Origin: Candidatus Woesearchaeota archaeon
GTDB lineage: Archaea > Nanobdellota > Nanobdellia > Woesearchaeales > UBA119
DNA length: 64,000 nucleotides
Assembly (NCBI GenBank): GCA_030156615.1
Contig: JASGME010000004.1
Span: forward strand, 2,546-66,545
Reading direction: 5' to 3'
Position numbers and translations under genes: made by a program. The notes beneath the pieces were generated by a model. That model saw only the letters and a list, made by a program, of their open reading frames with translations. It was not told the DNA's origin and did not search any database. Below, piece by piece: positions 1 through 10,398 of this stretch (positions are counted from its first letter, which is position 1; every line of letters begins with the position of its first letter).

Positions 1-2
1 TA

Positions 3-260
3 GATTCTGCTCATGCAGCTTTAATGAGCTTAGGTTATCTACCTCCTGTCCCTTCTAAAGTTGTTGATTATATGAGAAAAGCTAAAGAGTTCTCTGAAGA
101 AGACATATTGCTGGTTGAGAGAGTTATGTCTTTATATAAGAAGTTAAAGGTAAATGAATTGAAAAAATTTACAGGAGCAGAACTTGATTCTCTTATGGAA
201 GACACAGAAGCCTTTATTCAAAGAATGTCTGTAATTATAGATAAAAATCTCAAATCATAA
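3..260 (+). CDS. 3' part of a protein truncated by the window edge; resembles the HEPN-like C-terminus of DPANN nucleotidyltransferase-domain proteins
   Basis: Frame is open from position 3 (DSAHAALMSLGYLPP...); family assignment from recalled motif only. Confidence 0.45.
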   Translation, partial: DSAHAALMSLGYLPPVPSKVVDYMRKAKEFSEEDILLVERVMSLYKKLKVNELKKFTGAELDSLMEDTEAFIQRMSVIIDKNLKS

Positions 261-263
261 AAA

Positions 264-1436
264 TTATCTTTTCTTCGCTAAAAGTTTCTTTAAATCAGAA
301 TCCTCAGATATTATGTATTTATCAATCTCTTTCCTTGCTTCTTCCCGCTTCCTTTGATGCTCTTTTAAAAAATTGTTTATCTTGTTAATCAGAATTTCTT
401 TGCATTCTCCGCACATTATTTCTCCCTTGAGGCATTTTCCTCTTATGTTATTAAGCTCAGAATCATCTAACATGAAGAGCATATAATAATATTGATAAAC
501 TGAGCAGATATCAGGATTACCCCCATATTTTCTTTGCTCTTCAACAGAAATTCTTCCTCCAGTGAATGCCTTCATCACTTTAGCTCTAACCTCTTCTTCA
601 GAGTCAGTTGTAAATATTGCACTTGATTCATTAGATGCTGACATCTTTTCTACTTTTTGAAGCCCAGGCAAAAATCCAGATTGTATTGAAGCCGGTTTAT
701 AATATCCAAGCTTAGGAAGTACATCCCTTGCTAATCTAAAATGAGGATCCTGATCAATTGCATGAGGAATTAGACAAGGAACATTCCTACCCTCTATCTC
801 GCTCTTAAGGATTGCAGGAACTGCTTGCATTGATGTAAAGAATATCTGGCCAATGTTGGAACTTTCTTTAAGACCGAAGCTAGCCCTTATCATCGAAAAG
901 GTAATTTTTTTGGCTATCTTTGCTGCATATTTATATAAAGCCCCTGCTAAATCAGTATCTGTAAATATTATCGTTTTTTTTGGATTGAAGCCCAATGCAA
1001 TAACATCAAGAGCATTCTCATAAGCTAATCTATTTGTTTCTTCAAGCGATAGCTTCTCGTTAAAATAAAATTTCTCATCATCAGTCATCTGGAACCATAG
1101 CTCAACATCAAATTTATCTTGAAGCCATTTAGTGAATATCCATGGCACAAGATGTCCTAAATGAATCTTTCCGGAAGGCCCTCTCCCTGTGTATAAAAAG
1201 AATTCATTTCCTTTTTCATACTCTGATAAAAGCCAGTCTAAATCACGATGAGCGAAGAAGATTCCTCTTTTTAAAAACGGATGAAGCTCCCCACTAACCT
1301 TTTCAAACCTTTTTAGAAGATTTTCATCTATCCTGCTTACTCCAAATTCCCTGATAACCCTATCGTAATCAATATCCCCACTAACCTTCCAAGGTGTTAT
1401 TTCAAAGCTCTTTTCTTTCATCTTCAAAATAAGCAT
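264..1436 (-). CDS. trpS: Tryptophan--tRNA ligase (archaeal/eukaryal type)
   Basis: YTGRGPS, HLGH (HIGH), AIDQDPHF, KMSAS motifs. Confidence 0.97.
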   Translation of the reverse strand: MLILKMKEKSFEITPWKVSGDIDYDRVIREFGVSRIDENLLKRFEKVSGELHPFLKRGIFFAHRDLDWLLSEYEKGNEFFLYTGRGPSGKIHLGHLVPWIFTKWLQDKFDVELWFQMTDDEKFYFNEKLSLEETNRLAYENALDVIALGFNPKKTIIFTDTDLAGALYKYAAKIAKKITFSMIRASFGLKESSNIGQIFFTSMQAVPAILKSEIEGRNVPCLIPHAIDQDPHFRLARDVLPKLGYYKPASIQSGFLPGLQKVEKMSASNESSAIFTTDSEEEVRAKVMKAFTGGRISVEEQRKYGGNPDICSVYQYYYMLFMLDDSELNNIRGKCLKGEIMCGECKEILINKINNFLKEHQRKREEARKEIDKYIISEDSDLKKLLAKKR

Positions 1437-1539
1437 ATAAATATTATATAAAGATTATGCTCATCCTTCAAATACGATTATACTCAAGATGTATTAGAAC
1501 ATATAAAAAGTTATAAATTAATGATTTCTACTAAAAATA

Positions 1540-2025
1540 ATGGGATTCAAAAAAAAATTAGCAACAATTGTTATTACTGCTGCCGTTGGCATAGGATCTA
1601 TTGGATGTTCAAAACCGAATGCAGTTATTTTAGAACAAAATAGTCAAGCTCAAAACATTGAGTATGTTTCTCAAAAAGATGCTTCCAAAGAAGGTATTAG
1701 TTATCTCTCTGGAACTGTAGTTGGTGTTGATGAGGAAAAATTCTCAATAACTGGTGGAGGCAGTTTTGCCAAAACAAACGGAGATTTCTATTACGAGATA
1801 ATAAGAGTCAAAGATGAAGATGGAGATATCAAAAAAATCTTGTATCCTTATTCAACTCCATACGAAAACGGCGATTATATAACGCTTCATTACGAAGAAA
1901 AAGATTCAATCAATTACAATGAACTGGTTAAGGATTATAGGTATAATGCCTTAAGAACCATGGAACCTCTCCAAAAGGGAAAAATTGAAGGGATAGATGG
2001 AATTGTTTCAGATAATCAAGATTAA
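1540..2025 (+). CDS. Hypothetical exported protein, probable lipoprotein
   Basis: Basic N-terminus, hydrophobic stretch, SIGC lipobox-like site. Confidence 0.6.
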   Translation: MGFKKKLATIVITAAVGIGSIGCSKPNAVILEQNSQAQNIEYVSQKDASKEGISYLSGTVVGVDEEKFSITGGGSFAKTNGDFYYEIIRVKDEDGDIKKILYPYSTPYENGDYITLHYEEKDSINYNELVKDYRYNALRTMEPLQKGKIEGIDGIVSDNQD

Positions 2026-2034
2026 ATATGCATT

Positions 2035-3021
2035 ATGGCAAAAGAAACAGTTTATGGAATAATCTCTGACATTCATAACGGCATAGAAAAGGTCGGGCCA
2101 GCTATAGAAATCCTAAGAAAACTTGGAGCTGAAAAACTAATTATCAATGGTGATATTAGTAATCAGAAAGAGACTCTCGAAGAAAGTCAGTATGGAATCG
2201 CAAGAGTTCTTAATTACATTGGAATGAGTGAATTAGAAGCATATGTTCAACCGGGCGGACACGAATCCTTTCTTTCATTCAATCCAGTTCTTGATTATTT
2301 AACAAGCATCTATCAAAATATTATTGATGCTACAAAGATAAGAAAAGTTGACCAAAAGGATCATTCATTAGTGTTCCTCCCAGGCTCAGATTATCTTGCT
2401 ACTGGTGAATATCTTATAGGAAATAGTGAAAAGACAGGAAAATACATAAAAACAAACAATGGATTAAAAGAATTTAACGATATTGCAGAATATTTTGAAG
2501 AATTAAAAAAAGGGAATGCTGATGGGGTTATAGAATATTTTAATATGAAGGATTTAGAAAGCCTCGTTAATGATCCAGAGAGAACAATAGTAATTTGCCA
2601 TGTGCCAAGGAAATTCTATAATCTAGATAACTGCGTAGATATGGCAGATTTTGGAGAAGCAAAAGAGGATTTTATTTATGATGGAAAACCGATTAGAAAA
2701 GGGAGCATCTTCTCTAAGAAAATAGCTAAAAGGCTTGAGAAATCAGGTTTTCCAATTGAGCTAAAGAAAGAAAACAGAGGAAATGAAGACTTAAAAGAAA
2801 TTTATGAAAGGATTGGAATTAATAAGGCAATAAGCGGTCATTTTCACGAGAGTGCTCATAGAGCAAACGACGCAAAAGGCAATCATGTCAAGCAAGAAGA
2901 AAAGGTTAATGAATTATTTTGGAATGCATCCTATCTAGAAGGAAATTTAGTAGGAATTCTTATCGCAAATGATTCTTTTGTTAGTTATCTCAATATAAAC
3001 CTTAAAGACTATTTAAGATAG
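2035..3021 (+). CDS. Calcineurin-like metallophosphoesterase with internal insertions
   Basis: SDIH, NGD, PGGHE (GNH-like), CHVP, SGHFHE motifs. Confidence 0.8.
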   Translation: MAKETVYGIISDIHNGIEKVGPAIEILRKLGAEKLIINGDISNQKETLEESQYGIARVLNYIGMSELEAYVQPGGHESFLSFNPVLDYLTSIYQNIIDATKIRKVDQKDHSLVFLPGSDYLATGEYLIGNSEKTGKYIKTNNGLKEFNDIAEYFEELKKGNADGVIEYFNMKDLESLVNDPERTIVICHVPRKFYNLDNCVDMADFGEAKEDFIYDGKPIRKGSIFSKKIAKRLEKSGFPIELKKENRGNEDLKEIYERIGINKAISGHFHESAHRANDAKGNHVKQEEKVNELFWNASYLEGNLVGILIANDSFVSYLNINLKDYLR

Positions 3022-3113
3022 GTTTTATTTTTGTGTTATTATAACAAATCTTAATCTATAGGAAAAAAACTTAAAACCAAAGATTTATAATCAAATTTAT
3101 CACTGCTATTAAA

Positions 3114-4799
3114 ATGGAAGAACAAGAAATTAAAAACAAGGCATACATCTTTGCACTGGAAAATGCAATCAAACATAATGGAAAAGCAAGCAAAGGTGCC
3201 ATCATTGGCAAGCTAATTGCAATGAACCCTTCTATTAAACAAAACATAAAAGATATTGAATCTATTCTTGATGATATTATAGATAAAGTTAACTCTCTCA
3301 ACGAAGAAAAACAGCTTGAAGAATTGAAAAAACTCGATGAAGCTCGTTACAACTCTCTATTTGAAAAGAAAGAGAAAAAGATGCCAGAACTACCAAATGC
3401 CATAGAAGGAAAGGTTGTTACCAGAATTCCACCAGAACCATCTAAATATCCACATATTGGACATGCATTATCATTTCTTATCAATTATGTATATGCAAAG
3501 AAATACAATGGAAGAACAATACTCCGTTTTGAAGATACAAATCCTCTAAAAGCATCTCAAGAGTATGTGGATGCAATCTATGATGGCCTAGATTACATAG
3601 GAATAAAACCAGATGAAATCAGATTTGCTTCAGATGATATGGAATTATTATATAGCTACGCAGAAAGATTGATTGATGAAAACAAAGCCTATGTTTGCTT
3701 CTGCGATAGAGACAAAATAGCTAAGTTAAGAGCTGAAGGAAAGGAATGTGGATGCAGAGAAAAAAATAGCGGGAATAACAAAGAAGAATGGAGAAAGATG
3801 CTTGAAGGCAAATATCAAGAAGGAGAATGTGTGTTAAGACTAAAAGGAGATATGAAATCAAAGAATTTTGTTATGCGAGATCCAGTAATATTTAGGATAA
3901 TAAAACAAAATCATTTTAGACAAAAAAACAAATATGTTGTTTGGCCAATGTACGACTTTGAGAACTCTATTGAAGATTCAATAATGGGCATAACACATAT
4001 CTTAAGGAGCAACGAGTTTGGCAATATGAGAATTGAATTACAGAACTACATAAAAGATTTATTAAAACTCTCAAAACAAACAATTGTTCAGTATGGTAGA
4101 TTTAATATTATCGGAGGCATCTCTCAAGGAAGAGAAATTAGGGATTTAATAACATCGGGAAAGGTTAAAGGATGGGATGACCCTCGTCTTGTTACCTTAA
4201 AAGCCCTAAAAAGAAGAGGCATTGTAAAAGAAACCTTTTTGGAACTTGTAAAACAAGTTGGTCTATCAAATACCCCTACAAATATCGATTGGAGTCTTAT
4301 AAGTTCATTAAACAGGAAAATACTTGATGATAAAACTCCAAGATACTTCTTTATTAAAGAATCAGTTGAGATTGAAATTGAATCAGTTGATGAAAGAATT
4401 ATTCAGGTTAAGAATCATCCAACTAAAGACCTAGGAACAAGAAGCTTCAAAATTAATGGAAAATTTATTATTGAGAAAGAGGATTATGAAAATTTTGAAT
4501 CAGGTAAAATATATAGATTAATGGATTGCCTTAATTTCAAAAAAGAAAAAGACAAGTTTTTGTTCCACTCTTTTGATTACAAAGAACTTCCTAAAAATTC
4601 AGCTATTGTTCAGTGGCTTCCTTCATCTGAAGAGAATATTGAAGTTAGAATACTAATGCCTGATGGAAATGAAATCAAAGGCATTGGTGAAAAATATCTT
4701 AAAGAACTTAAAGAAGGCAGCATTATCCAATTCCAGAGATTTGGTTTCTGTAGACTAGATTCAAAGGAGAAAATGTTGTTTGTGTTTTCACACAAATAA
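3114..4799 (+). CDS. gltX: Glutamate--tRNA ligase (archaeal type)
   Basis: PPEPSKYPHIGHA, RFEDTNP, WPMYDF, GWDDPRL. Confidence 0.96.
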   Translation: MEEQEIKNKAYIFALENAIKHNGKASKGAIIGKLIAMNPSIKQNIKDIESILDDIIDKVNSLNEEKQLEELKKLDEARYNSLFEKKEKKMPELPNAIEGKVVTRIPPEPSKYPHIGHALSFLINYVYAKKYNGRTILRFEDTNPLKASQEYVDAIYDGLDYIGIKPDEIRFASDDMELLYSYAERLIDENKAYVCFCDRDKIAKLRAEGKECGCREKNSGNNKEEWRKMLEGKYQEGECVLRLKGDMKSKNFVMRDPVIFRIIKQNHFRQKNKYVVWPMYDFENSIEDSIMGITHILRSNEFGNMRIELQNYIKDLLKLSKQTIVQYGRFNIIGGISQGREIRDLITSGKVKGWDDPRLVTLKALKRRGIVKETFLELVKQVGLSNTPTNIDWSLISSLNRKILDDKTPRYFFIKESVEIEIESVDERIIQVKNHPTKDLGTRSFKINGKFIIEKEDYENFESGKIYRLMDCLNFKKEKDKFLFHSFDYKELPKNSAIVQWLPSSEENIEVRILMPDGNEIKGIGEKYLKELKEGSIIQFQRFGFCRLDSKEKMLFVFSHK

Positions 4800-4820
4800 A
4801 ACATAAATAAAATAAAAGAT

Positions 4821-4976
4821 TCACTTTACAATATTGAGCACTGATAGGATGCCATGAAATATAAAAACCATTGCAACAAGGAATACTAATAACCTTTGAA
4901 ATCTTAATATTAAAATCCCTCCTATAATGTAACTCACTCCTAAAAACATTCTGGCTGCTTTTTCAGGTCTCTTCAT
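4821..4976 (-). CDS. Small 51-aa two-TM membrane protein (below the ORF-track cutoff)
   Basis: MKRPEKAARMFLGVSYIIGGILILRFQRLLVFLVAMVFIFHGILSVLNIVK; GGAGG Shine-Dalgarno just upstream; overlaps the end of the upstream gene. Confidence 0.7.
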   Translation of the reverse strand: MKRPEKAARMFLGVSYIIGGILILRFQRLLVFLVAMVFIFHGILSVLNIVK

Positions 4977-5676
4977 TTTTTGCCTCCTTCGTATATATTG
5001 TTTTTGCTATTATTATCATCCCTTCAATAATAAAACCTCCACCTAAAATATATTTAACAGATGCAGGTTCAATTAGAACAAAAAGTGCCATTCCTATGTA
5101 TATTGCTGAAGAGAATATTGCGCTTATATTCTTTGGCAAGAATGTTGTTTCTGTAAGCCTGTCGAGAGTTTTAAAGAAAGCTTTATCTCTTCCAAACAAA
5201 GATTTAATAGGATTCGGTTTGTTTTTTATCTGATTTCTAACGCTCTTCCAGAAGTCTGCGAAGAAAATCAGATTAAAGAAGATCGCTAATATAAACAAAG
5301 AGATGATATGCGTTAGGCCACTAAAATAATCACCCCATGTTAAGAGAAGCCCAATCTCATCTAAGAAGAGACCAAGTCCAATCCCATACATAATCGCAGT
5401 TGTTGATTTCTTAACCTTAGGCTTTTCAGTTATAGAAAGCCAACCTGCAATAGCAATGAGTAAAACTCCAAAGTAAAAGTGATGAATATGATATCCAAAT
5501 AAGATAATATTGCTGCCAATATAAAAATTAGTCCCTGGCAGACTTCCAGCCTTTGCAGCTTGTGCAAACTCAGAATCCGCTGATCCTGCAATTAAAACAA
5601 GCAATCTTATCGATATTAAACTAATTAAAAATGAAGCTGCTATGATAAATGGAAGACCTTTTTCTTTTATATTCAT
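4963..5676 (-). CDS. Uncharacterised multi-pass membrane protein with HIHH motif
   Basis: Several TM helices; GYHIHHFYFG and GLGLFLDE motifs. Confidence 0.75.
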   Translation of the reverse strand: MNIKEKGLPFIIAASFLISLISIRLLVLIAGSADSEFAQAAKAGSLPGTNFYIGSNIILFGYHIHHFYFGVLLIAIAGWLSITEKPKVKKSTTAIMYGIGLGLFLDEIGLLLTWGDYFSGLTHIISLFILAIFFNLIFFADFWKSVRNQIKNKPNPIKSLFGRDKAFFKTLDRLTETTFLPKNISAIFSSAIYIGMALFVLIEPASVKYILGGGFIIEGMIIIAKTIYTKEAKNEET

Positions 5677-5831
5677 AAAAATGTAAAGTAAAATAAGATA
5701 TAAAAAGATATCTTTTTCAATTAGAATTTATGGATGAATCAGTCAAAACCGAAAAGAATAAAAACAGAATTGAATAAGACTCTTTGAGAATAACCAAATC
5801 AAAAAAGATTTAGGTTAAAAGAGGTGAGACT

Positions 5832-6932
5832 ATGAAGTATTTAAAGATTTTAAATCTCCTATTTGTGCTCTTAATCTTTGGGGGAATAGGATTAGCTCAG
5901 GAAACAGAGCAAGCAGAGATTAATGAAACAATGGAAGCATTTGATGAACCTATTATTACATCAAATGAAGAAAACACAACTTCTGATGAAAATGAGCTTG
6001 AAGAAGAGTTAAATGAAACTGAATTATTAACTGAAACGGAATTAGAAGCTACAGAAGAGTATGAAGAAGACTATGATGAAGAATATGCAGTGGAAATTCC
6101 AAATGTTCCTGAAGAAGATTTAGAAGAAGCCAAGACATTTGCATATCCTTTAGGCGCAGAGTTGAGGATGTTACAGCTTGAGAAGGCAATTGAGAGAAAC
6201 ATTGCTTCAGGAGAATTGATTATAGAAGAAATTAAAGATGAAAATCTAACAACAGAAACAGATGCTCTAGAATCAATTTTAGATGAATTAAGGAGTTTGC
6301 TTGAGGAAGTTAAATCTTACGATTTTAATCAAGGAAAGTCCTCAGAAGAAATGGCATTAGATTTCGTTGAGTTAAAGGCCGAGGCAAGGGAATTGACAAC
6401 TCTTTTCAGAGAAACTGCAACAAATATAACAGGCAATATGCATCTTGAGATAAGAGAAAGAGTTAATGAAAGAATTAGGGAATTTAAAGAATCTCAGCAA
6501 AGAGAAATAAATGAACTAAAAAACAGATACAATAAAAGAGTTATGGAAGAGATTGCAGTCCAAGCTGGATTAGATGATGAAGTGACTGAGAAAATAAGGC
6601 AGGGAAACATTAATGTAGATGAATATAAGGAAACTCTGAAAGAGAAGATTGCTGAAAAAGGCAACAATATTGAGAAGCATGCTGCTTTGAACAATATGGT
6701 TAATATGAATGTTCGAGCAACCCAGACAAAGGAGATGACAAGGGAGCAGGGCTCAGATGTATTACGCAATGTTGAAGCAAATACAGAAAGAATAAGAAAA
6801 AATGTTGAAGAGAGAGCACATAAAGAAGAAATTTCAGGCTCTGACGAAGAAGTAGATGAAGTTTTAAAACAAGATAACATGAACTCTAACGACAAAAGAA
6901 ACAATTCAAACAATTCAGGTGATGAAGAATGA
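5832..6932 (+). CDS. Secreted acidic, coiled-coil-rich hypothetical protein
   Basis: Signal peptide, Glu-rich low-complexity N-terminus, GAGGTGA SD. Confidence 0.8.
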   Translation: MKYLKILNLLFVLLIFGGIGLAQETEQAEINETMEAFDEPIITSNEENTTSDENELEEELNETELLTETELEATEEYEEDYDEEYAVEIPNVPEEDLEEAKTFAYPLGAELRMLQLEKAIERNIASGELIIEEIKDENLTTETDALESILDELRSLLEEVKSYDFNQGKSSEEMALDFVELKAEARELTTLFRETATNITGNMHLEIRERVNERIREFKESQQREINELKNRYNKRVMEEIAVQAGLDDEVTEKIRQGNINVDEYKETLKEKIAEKGNNIEKHAALNNMVNMNVRATQTKEMTREQGSDVLRNVEANTERIRKNVEERAHKEEISGSDEEVDEVLKQDNMNSNDKRNNSNNSGDEE

Positions 6933-7210
6933 AACAGAAATATTTTATGCTGGTTTTTTTAATGATAGGATTAGTCTTCCTCTCAGGGTGTGCAGAAACA
7001 AATCAGGAAGTAGATGAGGAATATATTGATGAAACAAATGGAAATGAAGAAAACGATTACGAAACTGACGAATCTATTGATGAGTCAACTCCTGATCAAG
7101 GAGATATGATTGATGTTCCTCAAGAAGACATAGATATGATTGTTGAAGAAACTATTAATCAGGCATTAGTAGATGATTCGGATGATGTAGAGATAGGAGA
7201 GATGATTTAA
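6929..7210 (+). CDS. Small acidic lipoprotein
   Basis: LSGC lipobox; ATGA overlap with upstream gene. Confidence 0.75.
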   Translation: MKQKYFMLVFLMIGLVFLSGCAETNQEVDEEYIDETNGNEENDYETDESIDESTPDQGDMIDVPQEDIDMIVEETINQALVDDSDDVEIGEMI

Positions 7211-7233
7211 TTTTATCCAGATAAATCTTCTAA

Positions 7234-8949
7234 CTACATCTCCTCAAGAACAGGGATGCCAAGCAGCCACAAACCTTTTTTTATTATTTCAGATGAGGCA
7301 AGGAGAAGAGCTAGCCTTGCCTTCATCACCTCTTTATCTTCTCCGATTACCCTCTTATCATGATAATAGGAATTGATTAGCTGAGCAAAGTCAAGGAGAT
7401 AACGACAAAGCAGACTCGGTTTTAAGCTCTCTGCTGCCTTTTCTATTATTGAAGGAAATTCAAGAGCTAGCAATGCAATAGCCTTTTCCTCAATGCATTC
7501 ATCATTCTCAAAACATTTTAAGTCTATATTTTTTATAATATCTTTTGAATTCATTCCTGATTTTCTGACTATGCTTTTTATTCTTGCATAAGTGTATTGA
7601 AGATATGGACCAGTTTCACCTTGAAATGAAATTGATTCCTTTGGTTTGAAAAGAATATCCCTTGTTGGATCAACTTTAAGGATATAAAATTTCAATGCAG
7701 AGATTGCAATCTTCTCAGTTCTTTCTTTTTTTTCTTCTTCAGAAAGATTAGGATATCTCTGTTCAACCTCTGATAATGCAAGCCTCTCTAATTCTTCTAT
7801 TATTGAATCTGCATCAACAATATTTCCCTCTCTTGACTTCATCTTACCTCCTTCAAGGAGGATCATTCCATAAGCAAGATGATATAATTTATCTGAACTA
7901 GCGATATTTAAAAGCTCAATTATCTTGAATAGTTGCTTAAAGTAGAGCTCCTGTTCAGAAGCAACAACATAAATAGAGTAATCAATCTCAAAATCTTCAA
8001 ACTTCTTCTTTGCTAATGCAATATCCTGAGTAATGTACAATGCTGTGCCGTTGCTCTTTATCAATACCTTTTCAGGAAGACCATATTTTTCTAGAGGAGC
8101 GATTACCGCACCATCTTTTTCTTTAAAGATGTCTTTCTTTAACCCTTCCATAACTATTTCCTTCCCTTCTTTGTATATCTCAGATTCAAAGTATTCTTTA
8201 TCAAAAAGACATCCAAGCTTTTTGTATGTCTCTTTATATCCTTCAATTACAAAATCTCTTATTTTTTTCCATGAAGAAATTACTTCCTCGTCGTTTTCTT
8301 CCCATCTTTTTAAGATTCTCTGAGCTTCCTGCTCAAGCTCTGGCCTCTTTTTAACCTCCTTGTTAAAGAGAAGATACAAATCTCCAACGAAATGATCCGG
8401 TTTTTTGTTTGGTTCTTTTTCCTTTGCTAGATATAAATAAGCATATATCACCTTTGAAACACCTAAGCCTCTATCATTAAGAAGATTGACTTTTATCGTT
8501 TTATTCCCTTGATGCTCAAGGATTTGTGAAATAGACATTCCTAAAAGATTGTTTCTAACATGACCTAAATGCTGAGGTTTGTTTGTATTAGGTGATGAAT
8601 ACTCAATCATAATCTTTTTTGGCTCTTTTGATTGCTCGTATGTTATTCCTGAAATGAATGCTTCTATAACTTCATTAGCATTTAAAAAAAAGTTTAGATA
8701 AGGGCCGACTGCCTTAACCTTCTCAACATAATCTATCTTATTTGATGACAAATAATTTTCAATCTTTTTAGCAATCTCTTGTGGATTCTTTTGCATTTGT
8801 TTTGCTATTGGAAAACACTGGAATGCAAGGTCACCCAAATCAGGAGAAGGAGTCTTCTGAAACCAATCTGAAGAGAGCTCTAATTTAGAAAAATCATGAA
8901 TCCCTTTTATTTGTTCAATTATAATTCCCTTTATTCTTTCTATGTTCAT
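7234..8949 (-). CDS. argS: Arginine--tRNA ligase
   Basis: EYSSPNTNKPQHLGHVRN, KMKSREG, GPYLQY, LGIPVLEEM. Confidence 0.97.
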   Translation of the reverse strand: MNIERIKGIIIEQIKGIHDFSKLELSSDWFQKTPSPDLGDLAFQCFPIAKQMQKNPQEIAKKIENYLSSNKIDYVEKVKAVGPYLNFFLNANEVIEAFISGITYEQSKEPKKIMIEYSSPNTNKPQHLGHVRNNLLGMSISQILEHQGNKTIKVNLLNDRGLGVSKVIYAYLYLAKEKEPNKKPDHFVGDLYLLFNKEVKKRPELEQEAQRILKRWEENDEEVISSWKKIRDFVIEGYKETYKKLGCLFDKEYFESEIYKEGKEIVMEGLKKDIFKEKDGAVIAPLEKYGLPEKVLIKSNGTALYITQDIALAKKKFEDFEIDYSIYVVASEQELYFKQLFKIIELLNIASSDKLYHLAYGMILLEGGKMKSREGNIVDADSIIEELERLALSEVEQRYPNLSEEEKKERTEKIAISALKFYILKVDPTRDILFKPKESISFQGETGPYLQYTYARIKSIVRKSGMNSKDIIKNIDLKCFENDECIEEKAIALLALEFPSIIEKAAESLKPSLLCRYLLDFAQLINSYYHDKRVIGEDKEVMKARLALLLASSEIIKKGLWLLGIPVLEEM

Positions 8950-9758
8950 TTTAGACTCAAGCCTCCAGATGGCAATAATCTTATTATTTCATCAAGATTA
9001 TTGTAGTTAAATTTCTTTTGTATCTGCTTCGCGATTTTTGATGTTTTTTCTTTTCCAGGAAAAATTCTGATGATTTCAGATGAACAATTTTTTGAGACTG
9101 CTTCATAAGGACTTATCATTAGCTTTTTGTCGGGCAACATCCCAATAGCAAGATTGAGCTTTCCATTTAAATAATTCACCTTTCCCTTAATCATGAAAGC
9201 TCCTTTTGGTAGATATTCACCAGCTCTTGGTTCTTTAGTAACTTGCTCAGGATTAACATAAAAAACCTCTAAAGAAGTTATGCCTTGTTTCCAAGCCTTT
9301 GAAAACGAAACCGTGAAATCTGCAGCCTCTTGTAATGTTTTTATTGTTGGCTCTTTCCCATCAATATCAGTTTTAATTACGCAAAACGGAGAACCTTTCA
9401 TATCAGTATGAAGCACAATATCATTCTGCGATGTATGCTTCTTAATGATAATTTCATTCGTTGTAGCATCTCTGCCTGCAATTACTAAGAAACCCTCTGA
9501 CGATATAAACCAACGATATTTGTCGTACCATCTCTCCTTTGCATTTATCTTGCTTTCTATCATCTCTTTTTTCTCAGCTTTTTCCTTCTCAATAGATTCT
9601 TCAAATGTTTTGAGCCTCTTTTTGAAATTTTCAACAGCCAATTTAGCACCATCTGTCTTTTTTTTGAGCCTTTTTGCTCTCTCAAAATAATCAGAAGCAT
9701 TCTCTTCTATACTTTTGTTTAAATCTATTTCAATCTCGTTCATAATTATAATGCTCAA
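8946..9758 (-). CDS. NFACT-R (DUF814) domain protein, truncated Rqc2/NEMF-like
   Basis: ENASDYFERAK coiled coil, WYDKYRWFISSEG, AGRDA, GEYLPKGAFMI. Confidence 0.88.
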   Translation of the reverse strand: MSIIIMNEIEIDLNKSIEENASDYFERAKRLKKKTDGAKLAVENFKKRLKTFEESIEKEKAEKKEMIESKINAKERWYDKYRWFISSEGFLVIAGRDATTNEIIIKKHTSQNDIVLHTDMKGSPFCVIKTDIDGKEPTIKTLQEAADFTVSFSKAWKQGITSLEVFYVNPEQVTKEPRAGEYLPKGAFMIKGKVNYLNGKLNLAIGMLPDKKLMISPYEAVSKNCSSEIIRIFPGKEKTSKIAKQIQKKFNYNNLDEIIRLLPSGGLSLK

Positions 9759-9809
9759 AAAGGAAATATTTAAATATTTAGTTAAAGTATCAAACTAGAA
9801 GGTGATATT

Positions 9810-10361
9810 ATGTTTTGGACAATAATAATCATTGCTGTTGTCATCGTATTTATTGGGGCTTTCGTTGGAATATATAATAACCTCATTAGGAAAAAGAATG
9901 AGGTTGAGAATGCATGGGCTCAGATTGATGTTCAGCTAAAGAGAAGGACAGATTTAATCCCAAATCTTATTGAGACTGTTAAAGGATATATGAAACATGA
10001 GAAAGAAGTTCTAGAGAATATAACAAAGGCAAGAGCCAGTCTGATGAAAGCAGAAAGCGTGAAAGAGAAAGCAAATGCAGAAAACATGTTGGAATCTACA
10101 TTAAAATCTCTATTTGCTGTAAGCGAGAATTATCCTGATTTGAAAGCTAATCAGAACTTCTTGAAACTCCAAGAAGAGTTAACAAGTACTGAAAATAAGA
10201 TATCTTATGCTAGGCAGCATTATAATGATATGGTTATGTTCTTCAATAATAAAATAGAGCAATTCCCCTCAAACATGATTGCCTCTTTGTTTCATTTCAA
10301 GAAGAAGGAGCTATTTGAAGTTGAGGAAGCTGAGAAAGAACCTGTTAAGGTTCAATTTTAA
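9810..10361 (+). CDS. lemA: LemA family protein
   Basis: N-terminal [29 protein letters not shown]. Confidence 0.96.
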   Translation: MFWTIIIIAVVIVFIGAFVGIYNNLIRKKNEVENAWAQIDVQLKRRTDLIPNLIETVKGYMKHEKEVLENITKARASLMKAESVKEKANAENMLESTLKSLFAVSENYPDLKANQNFLKLQEELTSTENKISYARQHYNDMVMFFNNKIEQFPSNMIASLFHFKKKELFEVEEAEKEPVKVQF

Positions 10362-10398
10362 GTTTTTAAGACTTCAGGTTTTTTAAGAAAAAAAGAAA

